Source of the DNA: Nitrospinota bacterium
Lineage (GTDB): Bacteria; Nitrospinota_A; UBA7883; JACRLM01
NCBI GenBank assembly: GCA_016235255.1
Contig: JACRLM010000074.1
Span: 1,435-65,434 of the forward strand
DNA: 64,000 nucleotides
Direction of reading: 5' to 3'
In this document: one piece after another, positions 55,006-64,000 of the stretch
Position numbering within the stretch: position 1 is the stretch's first letter
Layout of the letters: each line of letters begins with the position of its first letter
The notes under the pieces: generated by a model
Seen by the model: only the letters and a program-made list of their open reading frames with translations
Databases searched by the model: none
Told to the model about the DNA's origin: nothing
Translations under genes and position numbers: made by a program

Positions 55006-55039
55006 CTCTAGGCTACATTTAGACCATCCGTGGGGGGTG

Positions 55040-55081
55040 GTTATCCCGATTTCTCAATCACTTTTAGGACAACCCCTATCA
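55040..55081 (-). repeat. right terminal inverted repeat of the prophage
   Basis: Reverse complement reads TGATAGGGGTTGTCCTAAAAGTGATTGAGAAATCGGGATAAC, matching the left end at 25 of 42 positions in exact register. Confidence 0.75.
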
Positions 55082-55301
55082 CCGGACAGCAACCAAACCA
55101 TTACCCCCTCCCGCCTTCGGCGTACTCCCCCTTGTAAAGGTGAAGAAAAAGAATGGCCGCCAAGGCGACTGCGCCATGTAAAAATCCCCGATAATCGGTC
55201 CCGCGTTTCTATGCTATCCTTTTATGGCCCGTTTCCTACATGGGCGCAACGCGAAGGGATGTGACAGAACGCGTCGGTCTAACAATCTTGATGGAGGGTT
55301 T

Positions 55302-56906
<1,605 letters not shown>

Positions 56907-56934
56907 GTATCCCGATAACCGTGGTCAGGCCGGG

Positions 56935-57075
56935 CTGTTGCCCAAATGCTCATCGGGGTGTTCTTCACCCCGATGTCCCAAAGTCAAGAGTTTAGCGCTC
57001 TTATAAACATAGAGTCCGGGGTGAAGAACACCCCGGACAGCGTTCGTTTCGCGTGTTTTTCCTTTTGGGCAACAG
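56935..57075. repeat. 141-bp nested palindromic intergenic element
   Basis: Outer arms CTGTTGCCCAAA / TTTGGGCAACAG. Inner hairpins: CATCGGGGTG-TTCTT-CACCCCGATG (56951-56975) and GTCCGGGGTG-AAGAA-CACCCCGGAC (57014-57038). Followed by GAGGCGGCCACGGGGAAGC at 57079-57097, which recurs at 62728-62746. Confidence 0.85.
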
Positions 57076-57176
57076 TCCGAGGCGGCCACGGGGAAGCGGA
57101 TGGACGTGATCGCAGATAGCCGGGGACGGCTTCCGGGATGACAATGCGGTGCGCAACAAAATAAATAATTCGTCCA

Positions 57177-58298
57177 TTGTGTTCCATGAATGACAACGCG
57201 GCGTCCGAATCGCAACAATCCCGCCCCTTGACGTTCATCCGCCGCGCCCATGATTTTTACGGGTCGCTTTTCGCCGACCTGCGTGCCGCCCGCCAGACCG
57301 TCCGCATCCAGATGTATTGCGTGGAGGAGGGGGCCGCCGCCGCCGAGTTTAAGGCATGCCTTGTCGAATGCGCCCGGCGGGGGGTGGACGTGGAACTGAT
57401 GTACGACTCCGTGGGGTCGATGTACACCCACGCATCGTACTTTTCCGAAATGGAACGGGCCGGCGTCCGTGTCTCTGAATATCATCCGGCCCGGGTATTC
57501 TCGTTTTTCGGCCGCGCCTCTTTCCGCAGGCTTTTCCGGCGCAACCACAGAAAGCTGGTGGTGATCGACTCGCACATCTATTACGTCGGCGGCATGAACA
57601 TTGGCGACAGGTTCTTGGAGTGGGAGGACATAATGGTGCGCGGCGAGGGGGAACCGGCGGGAAAGCTGGCGGCGTCGTTTGACAGGGTGTGGGGGCGCAG
57701 GAAAATTGACCACCACAAAAGCAGGCGCTCCCGGATCAAGTCGCGCATGCTCAGCGACATACAGGTGTGGGACAGCCGCCCGGCGGTGGACAACTATCCG
57801 GTGAAGCGGCTGTATATGTCCGCCATCAAGAAGGCGAAGAAGCGGGTGTGGATAGCCCAGGCCTATTTCGTGCCGCGCCGCAGGCTTTTAAAAGCGCTCA
57901 TGCATGCTGCGAACAAAGGGGTGGACGTGCGGCTTGTTATCCCGGACGTGTCCGACGTGAAGCTTGTGGACATGGCGGCGTGGCCCTCCCTGGCCAAGCT
58001 CGCCGAAAACGGGGTGAAGGTTTACAGGTTCACCCGGTCGGTGCTGCACACCAAGATGGCGCTGATAGACGACAGGTGGCTTTCGATCGGGACGGCGAAC
58101 CTGGACTCCATGAGCATGTATTGGAACCTGGAGATAAACCTTGTGATGCGCGGCGGGGGGGCGTTGAAGAATGGGGAGGAGATATTTTCCGATTACTTCG
58201 CCCAATCCCGCCTGATGGACCCGGAGGAGCCCAAACAAAGACCTTTGCCCTTGCGGATACTGGGGCTGCTTTTGCATTATTATGGATGGATATTGTGA
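57177..58298 (+). CDS. phospholipase D family protein (cardiolipin synthase ClsB-like)
   Basis: Two HKD motifs: HRKLVVIDSHIYYVGGMNIGD and HTKMALIDDRWLSIGTANLD. Confidence 0.8.
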   Translation: MCSMNDNAASESQQSRPLTFIRRAHDFYGSLFADLRAARQTVRIQMYCVEEGAAAAEFKACLVECARRGVDVELMYDSVGSMYTHASYFSEMERAGVRVSEYHPARVFSFFGRASFRRLFRRNHRKLVVIDSHIYYVGGMNIGDRFLEWEDIMVRGEGEPAGKLAASFDRVWGRRKIDHHKSRRSRIKSRMLSDIQVWDSRPAVDNYPVKRLYMSAIKKAKKRVWIAQAYFVPRRRLLKALMHAANKGVDVRLVIPDVSDVKLVDMAAWPSLAKLAENGVKVYRFTRSVLHTKMALIDDRWLSIGTANLDSMSMYWNLEINLVMRGGGALKNGEEIFSDYFAQSRLMDPEEPKQRPLPLRILGLLLHYYGWIL

Positions 58299-58308
58299 GG
58301 AGATTAAA

Positions 58309-58794
58309 GTGAATATCAAACGCTATTTGACCACCGCCGCACTGGCTTGCGTATTTTTCACCACCGGCGCAACGGCGCAGGACATGCCCATGGGGGACCA
58401 TAAGCATCATCACATGATGGACGGACCCGGCATGGCCCGGCCGGATGACAGGCGGGTCACCCTCAAAACCCCCGCCATGATGCGCGAACATTTGAAGCAA
58501 AACATGCGGGAGCATTTGAAGACGGTCAACGAAACGCTGATAAAGCTTGGCGCGGGCGATTTTTCCGGCGCATCGGCGGTCCTCCACGAACGCCTGGGGG
58601 TGACCGAGGAGATGAAGCGGATGTGCGGGATGTTCGGCGACGAAACATACCGCAAGATGGGGATCGCCCTGCACGAGGATGCGGACGAGACGGCCAAGGT
58701 CATCGCAACGGGGGACATGAAGAAATCCGTGGTGGCGGTGGGGACGTTATTGAACCGGTGCGTGGCGTGCCACGAGATGTTCAAGGTGGAGTGA
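58309..58794 (+). CDS. periplasmic class II (c-prime/c556-like) c-type cytochrome
   Basis: GTG at 58309 after GAGGAG; signal peptide NIKRYLTTAALACVFFTTGATAQ; a single C-terminal CVACHE haem-binding motif. Confidence 0.6.
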   Translation: MNIKRYLTTAALACVFFTTGATAQDMPMGDHKHHHMMDGPGMARPDDRRVTLKTPAMMREHLKQNMREHLKTVNETLIKLGAGDFSGASAVLHERLGVTEEMKRMCGMFGDETYRKMGIALHEDADETAKVIATGDMKKSVVAVGTLLNRCVACHEMFKVE

Positions 58795-58802
58795 ATGTAA
58801 CG

Positions 58803-59711
58803 ATGCGCATAGTGGTTGCCGGAACTGGCGGTGTGGGGGCGTATTACGGGGCTGTGCTGGCAAAAGCCGGGCATGAGGTGTTCTTCATCGCGCGTGGCGC
58901 CCAGCTTGACGCCATATCGAAAAACGGCGTCGAGGTCAAAAGCATAAACGGTGATTTTCACATCGCCGCCAGCTCCGGGGAGACTTCAGCGCCGTTTGGC
59001 GTGGCCGATCTGATCCTTGTCTGTTTCAAGGCGTATGACACCGCTGGGACGCTGGAACTTTACGCCCCGTCCGTGGGGCCGGAGACGGCTATCATCTCGC
59101 TTCAGAACGGGGTGGACAACGAGGAGATCATCGCGGCCCGGTTCGGTTGGGAAAAGGTGTTGGGGGGATTGTCCTTCATCGGGTCGCGGGTGGACAGGCC
59201 GGGGGAGGTGATCCACACCGCCGCAAGCAACGTTATCATCGGCGAGATGGACGGTACGATGACGGATCGCGTGAACAAGATCGGCGAAGCGTTCAACGCC
59301 GCCGGGGTGAAGTGCAAGGTGTCCGCCGAAGTGAAAAAGGAGATGTTCGGCAAGATGATATGGAACGTGGGATTCAACGCCCTGTGCGCCGTTCTGGAAT
59401 GCCCCTCCAGGGCCGCCATTGAATTTGACGAGACCAAAAACATCGTGCGCGCCGCAATGCTTGAATGGACCGCCGTTGCGCGGGCGATGGGGGTGGCGTT
59501 GACGGACGACATGGCGGACAAGCATATCGAACGCACCTTCAAGGCAGGCGAGATAATCCCCTCCATGCTGCAGGACAGGCGGCGCGGCAAACGGATGGAG
59601 ATAGAGACGTTCAACGCCAAGGTGGCGCAACTGGGAGAGAAGCACGGGATGCCAACGCCGGTGAACTCCACGCTTTCGGGTATAATCAAGTTCTGGAACA
59701 GGGGATTCTGA
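58803..59711 (+). CDS. panE: 2-dehydropantoate 2-reductase
   Basis: MRIVVAGTGGVGAYYGAVLAKAGHEV Rossmann start; SMLQD...E family motif region; 302 aa. Confidence 0.8.
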   Translation: MRIVVAGTGGVGAYYGAVLAKAGHEVFFIARGAQLDAISKNGVEVKSINGDFHIAASSGETSAPFGVADLILVCFKAYDTAGTLELYAPSVGPETAIISLQNGVDNEEIIAARFGWEKVLGGLSFIGSRVDRPGEVIHTAASNVIIGEMDGTMTDRVNKIGEAFNAAGVKCKVSAEVKKEMFGKMIWNVGFNALCAVLECPSRAAIEFDETKNIVRAAMLEWTAVARAMGVALTDDMADKHIERTFKAGEIIPSMLQDRRRGKRMEIETFNAKVAQLGEKHGMPTPVNSTLSGIIKFWNRGF

Positions 59712-59874
59712 TCTCCTGCCGCCAGCGCTATTTAACGTCGGACTGGAGTCCTTATGCGGGCATGTTCAATATAGTGTTTTGCTCCGCCCCTTGTTATACT
59801 AAGTCCAAACAGGACAGTGTCCTTAAAACCGGCCATGGTGGATCGGCCTGAATCTGAAAACGAAGGAGAAGACC

Positions 59875-60129
59875 ATGCCTGAACCGAAATCTCCCCAAAA
59901 AGCCCCATATGTACTGGACATGGAGCCCGGCGCGTATATGTGGTGCGGGTGCGGACTTTCCAAAAACCAGCCTTTTTGCGATAACGCGCATAAAGGAACT
60001 GAATACCAAGGGACGAAAATCGCCGCGGTGCTTGTCGATATCGACGAGGCGAAGACCGTGGCCTTCTGCGGATGCAAGCACACCAAGACGCCACCTTTTT
60101 GCGACGGGACCCATAAAACTCTTACATAA
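59875..60129 (+). CDS. CDGSH iron-sulfur domain protein (second copy in the window)
   Basis: CGCGLSKNQPFCDNAHK and CGCKHTKTPPFCDGTHK. Confidence 0.85.
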   Translation: MPEPKSPQKAPYVLDMEPGAYMWCGCGLSKNQPFCDNAHKGTEYQGTKIAAVLVDIDEAKTVAFCGCKHTKTPPFCDGTHKTLT

Positions 60130-60249
60130 CGGCATCGAAGTTGTCCGGGGTTGGACATACCGCAGGCGGAACACCAGCGGAGCCAACCCTGTGTGACAAA
60201 CTCCCCTTTATCTCTTATATTGATACGGGGGTCATCTAGAGGAGTTGTT

Positions 60250-61602
60250 ATGGGCGCGCTGGAAAAACTGTTTGAGATAGAAAAACGGGGAAGCTCCACC
60301 GGCAAGGAAGTCACCGCCGGGATCACCACCTTTCTCACCGCAAGCTACATAATATTCGTCCAGCCCGCCGTGCTCTCCATCGCGGGGATGGACTTCGGAT
60401 CTGTGATGATGGCCACCTGCATCGCCACGGCGTTTGCCACGGCGCTGATGGCGGTTTTCGCGAATTACCCGATAGTGGTGGCCCCGGCCATGGGGCACAA
60501 CTTCTTTTTCGCCATCACCGTGTGCGGCGCGGCGGCGGCGGGGGGGATGGGGTTTCACTGGAGCCAGGCGCTGGCGGCGGTGTTCATCTCCGGTTCGATT
60601 TTTCTTTTCCTGTCGCTGTTCGGGTTCCGGGAAAAAATAATAAACGCCATACCCTCCCCATTACGGCTTGGCATCGCGGTGGGCATCGGGCTTCTCATCG
60701 CCCTTTTGGGGCTGGAGTGGGGCGGGGTGATCGTTTCCAAACCGGGGACGTTTGTAGGTTTTGGCTCCATGCGTTCGGGCCCTGTGTTGCTTACGTTTTT
60801 CGGCACGTTCCTGATGCTTGCGTTGATGATCCGCAAGGTGAGGGGGGCCATATTGTGGGGCATCCTCGGTTCGGCGCTGGCCGCGCTTCCCTTCGGGCTG
60901 GCCACGTTCCACGGATTTGTCTCCGCCCCGCCATCCATGGTCCCCACGTTTTTAAAGCTCGATTTCGCCGGGCTGTTCGCAAACAGCCAGTGGTGGCTTG
61001 TGACCGCGGTGTTTTTCATGCTGGCGCTGTTTGACACGGTTGGGACACTGGTGGGAGTTGCGATGGCTGCGGGGCTGATGGACGAATCGGGAAAGATACC
61101 ACGGGCGGAACGCGCCATGGCCGCGGACGCGGGGGGCACGATGGCCGGGGCGTTTTTGGGCACATCAACCGTGACGGCGTATATAGAAAGCGCGGCGGGC
61201 ATAGCTGTGGGAGGCCGCACCGGGCTTGCGGCGCTGGTGACGGCGGGATTGTTTTTACTTTCGATATTCTTCTCCCCCCTGGCCCAGATGGTGGGGGGCG
61301 GCTATAAGGTTGCCGAAGGGGTCTATCTATACCCCGTCATCGCTCCGGCGCTGATAGTTGTCGGCTCGCTGATGCTCACGCTGGTCAAAGAGATATCGTG
61401 GGACGACCCCGCCGACGGGTTTTCGGCATACATGGCGATAATACTGACTCCGCTTTCCGTGAGCATCACAGAAGGGGTGAGCGTTGCGTTCATATCGTAT
61501 TCACTGTTGAAGAGCGCCCAGGGGAAATTCTTCGAAGTGCCATGGCTGACGCATGTCTGCTCGGTCCTGTTTATTTTGAGGTATGCGTTTCTGGCGGGGT
61601 GA
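60250..61602 (+). CDS. NCS2/AzgA-family purine (adenine/guanine/hypoxanthine) permease
   Basis: MGALEKLFEIEKRGSSTGKEVTAGITTFLTASYIIFVQP is the typical family start; about 13 TM segments. Confidence 0.85.
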   Translation: MGALEKLFEIEKRGSSTGKEVTAGITTFLTASYIIFVQPAVLSIAGMDFGSVMMATCIATAFATALMAVFANYPIVVAPAMGHNFFFAITVCGAAAAGGMGFHWSQALAAVFISGSIFLFLSLFGFREKIINAIPSPLRLGIAVGIGLLIALLGLEWGGVIVSKPGTFVGFGSMRSGPVLLTFFGTFLMLALMIRKVRGAILWGILGSALAALPFGLATFHGFVSAPPSMVPTFLKLDFAGLFANSQWWLVTAVFFMLALFDTVGTLVGVAMAAGLMDESGKIPRAERAMAADAGGTMAGAFLGTSTVTAYIESAAGIAVGGRTGLAALVTAGLFLLSIFFSPLAQMVGGGYKVAEGVYLYPVIAPALIVVGSLMLTLVKEISWDDPADGFSAYMAIILTPLSVSITEGVSVAFISYSLLKSAQGKFFEVPWLTHVCSVLFILRYAFLAG

Positions 61603-61674
61603 GGGATGATTGAAACATGCTATGCAATTAGCAGATAATAAGAATCAGAAGAAAATTGCGCAAGAGGATATTCC

Positions 61675-61929
61675 ATGAGCGAATCCGCCATTAAATTGCA
61701 TTTGGAAAAGGTTGAGAACGGGAATTTCCTGGCAACAAGCCCTGATGTGCCCGGCCTGGTGGCGGAGGGGCGCACAATGACGGAGGCTGTGGAAATCGCC
61801 CAGGGGCTTGCCCGCAAAATTCTTGAATCATGCATTGAGCATGGTGACGAAATACCGCCCGTTCTGATGAAAATGGTGGATGAGGAATCATCTTCCGTTG
61901 ATTTTACAGTTCCAGTTCCAGTGAAATAA
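61675..61929 (+). CDS. hicB: HicB-like antitoxin (N-terminal domain only)
   Basis: NFLATSPDVPGLVAEGRTMTEAVEIAQGLARKILESCIEHGDEIPP matches the UPF0150/HicB fold pattern. Confidence 0.6.
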   Translation: MSESAIKLHLEKVENGNFLATSPDVPGLVAEGRTMTEAVEIAQGLARKILESCIEHGDEIPPVLMKMVDEESSSVDFTVPVPVK

Positions 61930-62079
61930 ATGGGGCGGCTGTCAGGCTTCAAATACCGCGAGGTCGCGCAAAAACTCCGGCTGTTCGGATTCGCTTTTGA
62001 CAGGCCCGGGCCGGGCAGTCATGAAATCTGGCGTCACAGGGAAACCGGCATTGACGTGGACGAGTTTCTGAAAGCATGA
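61930..62079 (+). pseudogene. hicA: short HicA-like toxin gene (49 codons; apparent in-frame internal deletion)
   Basis: Own translation: MGRLSGFKYREVAQKLRLFGFAFDRPGPGSHEIWRHRETGIDVDEFLKA. The GSH motif and the C-terminal G-I-x-x-x-EFL tail are present. The ~20 aa normally between them (TVP.H...GTL..IL) are absent. Confidence 0.5.
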
Positions 62080-62516
62080 ATTAAGGGAAAACATTGTGGA
62101 CGGCCAGTTGAAGCATTATTCGGACAAGCTGGCTTACCAGATAGACTCGTGGGATCTGAAAGTGGCAAAGGCGGCGGAGTTTAAGGTTGACCCGGTAAAT
62201 TAATGGGGGTGTCGGTAGTAACAAATACTTTGCCGCAACCAGGACAACTAACCGCCGCGTTATTACCCAATATATCCCAATCCAGTTCGTCCATACTCAT
62301 GGCCTCGCTGATGGTTTTTTAAAAGCTTTAAAGCGATGTTACAGTAAAAAAACCATGTCAACGGCATTGGAAAAATTGGTTGGCCGTTGATTGCCGCCCA
62401 ATCGCCCCACCCCATCTTGACACGCGTACCGGTACGCGGCACGAAAGACGGGGTCAGGCCGTTTACTTTTGACTTTTTTCCGCTCGGTGATGGCGCTGGC
62501 GCTATTGTCTTCCCTG

Positions 62517-62688
62517 GGAGCGCGGGCGTCCCGCCCGCATCTTCCCGGCGCCGCTTCGATAGCGGCGCCGGGAAGGAAGATTGGGAATCTCCATAGCAAA
62601 AGCGCCCTTAAGTTATCGTGCGTTCTTTTCAAGGCAACGGAGCCATCGAGGTTCCATCGCCTTGTTGCGGGCGGGACGCCCGCGCTCC
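62517..62688. repeat. structured intergenic element: 23-bp perfect inverted repeats flanking a 14-bp-stem hairpin
   Basis: GGAGCGCGGGCGTCCCGCCCGCA (62517-62539) and its exact reverse complement (62666-62688); internal hairpin CTTCCCGGCGCCGC-TTCGATA-GCGGCGCCGGGAAG (62541-62575). Confidence 0.9.
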
Positions 62689-62784
62689 AAAGGAACCGTG
62701 GTCGGCGACCACGGGGAAGCGTTAATAGAGGCGGCCACGGGGAAGCATAAAAGTAAAACGGCTTGCCGCCTGGGCACGCCCTCT

Positions 62785-63795
62785 CTACATCTCCCCCCGC
62801 AGAAACTTCTTGCATGTCTCCACGTCGCCACGGCTTCCGATGATCAGCGGCACGCGCATGTGAAGCGACGTGGGCTGGATGTCCAGAATGTTCTCGGTGT
62901 TGGCGATGGCCGAGCCGCCGGCCTGTTCGCAGATATACGCCAATGGCGCAGCCTCGTACAGCAGGCGCAGTTTCCCTTCGGGACTCTTTGTGTCCGCAGG
63001 GTACATGAACACGCCTCCCTTGAGAAGGTTGCGGTGGAAATCGGCCACAAGCGATCCGATATACCGGGAAGAATATGGGCGGCCCGTCGCCTTGTCCGGT
63101 GTTTTAAAATAGTTCACCATTTTGCTCACACGCTCGTCCCAAAGGTTGCTGTTCCCTTCGTTGACGGAGTAAATCTGGCCGCGCTCCGGGGTCTGGATGT
63201 TCGGGTGGCTCAAAAGGAACTCGCCGACGGATGGGTCCAGCGTGAAGCCGTGCACCCCGTCCCCCGCGCTGTACACGAGCATGGTGGAAGGTCCGTAAAT
63301 GATATATCCGGCGCCCACCTGGGTGCTCCCTTTTTGCAGGAAATCTTTTTCCACCCCCTTCGTCCCGTCGGTTATTTTGCGGTGGATGGAGAAGATTGTG
63401 CCGATGGAGACGTTCACGTCTATGTTGGATGATCCGTCCAGCGGATCGAAGGCCAGCGTGTACTTGCCCCCCTGCGGATGCCTCTCCGGTATCTGGAAGA
63501 CCTCCTCCAGTTCTTCGGAGGCCATGGCGCAAAGATAGCCGGTGTGGTCCATCTTGTGGATGATGGTCACATTGGCGAACTCGTCAAGTTTTTGCACTTC
63601 TTCGCCCTGGACGTTGGTCTCGCCGGTCTTGCCCAGCACGTCCACAAGCCCCGCCTTGTTCACAGCGCGGTATATGACCTTGGCGGCCACCACAAGCTCG
63701 TTCATCAGGCCGGAGAAATCGCCGCTTGCCCTCGGGAAGCGCCTTTGCACCTCCATTATGTGTTTGGTTATAGTGGTGCCAAGTCTCTCCGGCAT
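62785..63795 (-). CDS. fbp: fructose-1,6-bisphosphatase class 1
   Basis: DPLDGSSNID metal-binding motif, GKLRLLYE; 336 aa. Confidence 0.92.
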   Translation of the reverse strand: MPERLGTTITKHIMEVQRRFPRASGDFSGLMNELVVAAKVIYRAVNKAGLVDVLGKTGETNVQGEEVQKLDEFANVTIIHKMDHTGYLCAMASEELEEVFQIPERHPQGGKYTLAFDPLDGSSNIDVNVSIGTIFSIHRKITDGTKGVEKDFLQKGSTQVGAGYIIYGPSTMLVYSAGDGVHGFTLDPSVGEFLLSHPNIQTPERGQIYSVNEGNSNLWDERVSKMVNYFKTPDKATGRPYSSRYIGSLVADFHRNLLKGGVFMYPADTKSPEGKLRLLYEAAPLAYICEQAGGSAIANTENILDIQPTSLHMRVPLIIGSRGDVETCKKFLRGEM

Positions 63796-64000
63796 AAAAC
63801 TACCCCCTCCTTGTGCGATTAGCGCAGATTATGTGTGCAGGCGCCAGGCGGCGCGCCGCCCGGAAAGCGTATTTGGACAATTTAGCACAAAAAAGGGGCG
63901 TTGTGGCGGCGTCCAATGCCCCTCATGAAAAAAAGGAGGCGGCCCGGAGCGCATGCGTACCATGAGAGACTGCGTTCCGGGCCACATGGCCCGCAAAATG

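Larger units (their letters stand above)
15204..55081. mobile_element. Mu-type transposable prophage, ~39.9 kb, divergent early and late arms
   Basis: DDE transposase plus MuB-like ATPase, Ner, Gam, GemA, and Mu-family gpI/gpT/gp36/G/F head genes. The termini align in exact register (see the repeat features). CCGGAC flanks both ends (15198-15203 and 55082-55087). The right end terminates in CA. Confidence 0.85.

Noticed and set aside
15204-55081. Search for a reverse transcriptase/DGR, a Gin-type invertase with an invertible fibre segment, cas genes, or known multi-gene defence systems inside the prophage
   Set aside because: No RT (YxDD), serine invertase, cas or large defence ATPase/nuclease signatures were seen in any of the ORFs. 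The only enzymes besides replication, transposition and packaging functions are Dam, NucA and the two wall hydrolases.
56925-57716. 263-aa minus-strand ORF spanning the palindromic element and the 5' part of the PLD gene
   Set aside because: It is antisense to a gene with two clear HKD motifs and runs through a non-coding palindromic repeat. It is a shadow ORF.
62096-62203. Short GTG-initiated ORF (VDGQLKHYSDKLAYQIDSWDLKVAKAAEFKVDPVN) and a 33-codon minus-strand ORF at about 62199-62300
   Set aside because: Too short and context-free to call. They may be fragments of decayed genes in the AT-rich junk region, but I cannot assign a family with confidence.

Overview
High-GC bacterial chromosomal segment; I cannot assign a phylum by eye, and every call below rests on reading the ORF track, my own translations and remembered family motifs, with no database search. 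A Mu-type transposable prophage of about 39.9 kb (15204-55081) sits in the intergenic region between the divergently transcribed recA and pckA. The left host arm (1-15203, almost all minus strand) carries asnB (partial), a GT-C/GT2/two-methyltransferase glycan-modification string, infA, a peroxiredoxin whose catalytic Cys codon is an in-frame TGA (selenocysteine candidate with a downstream hairpin), an aminotransferase, coaD, a porin, a pseudo-receiver/TPR protein, a DUF457 hydrolase, yceI, a CDGSH protein, pilD, recX and recA. The right host arm (55082-64000) carries pckA, a PLD/cardiolipin-synthase-like gene, a class II c-type cytochrome, panE, a second CDGSH protein, an NCS2 purine permease, a hicB/short-hicA pair, fbp, and two copies of a structured intergenic repeat family. 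The prophage has two divergent arms. The late arm runs leftward (39797 to 15331): TerS-like, TerL, portal-MuF fusion, gpI protease, decoration-like protein, gpT capsid, neck, major tail, G/GT chaperone with a -1 slippery site, 1488-aa tape measure, tail tip/fibre, lysis cassette, NucA-type nuclease, Dam methylase. The early arm runs rightward (43483 to 55005): Ner-like, Bro-N, small ORFs, DUF3102, DDE transposase, MuB-like ATPase, zinc-ribbon ORFs, DnaB helicase, Gam, GemA-like. An S24 repressor operon and an orphan four-gene cassette lie at the switch region. The observations most worth a second look are these. (1) The termini align in exact register and are flanked by a 6-bp duplication inside a host hairpin repeat. 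(2) A TTCCA-N5-TGGAA palindrome occurs near both ends and four times in a central 46-bp tandem array next to an AT-rich tract. (3) The orphan promoter-driven cassette (40115-41988) ends in a 21-aa hydrophobic peptide. (4) The selenoprotein peroxiredoxin candidate. (5) An A8 tract separates the translationally coupled endolysin ATG from its reading frame. (6) A membrane-anchored non-specific nuclease sits beside a Dam methylase at the prophage end. (7) A DnaB helicase is encoded inside a transposable phage.
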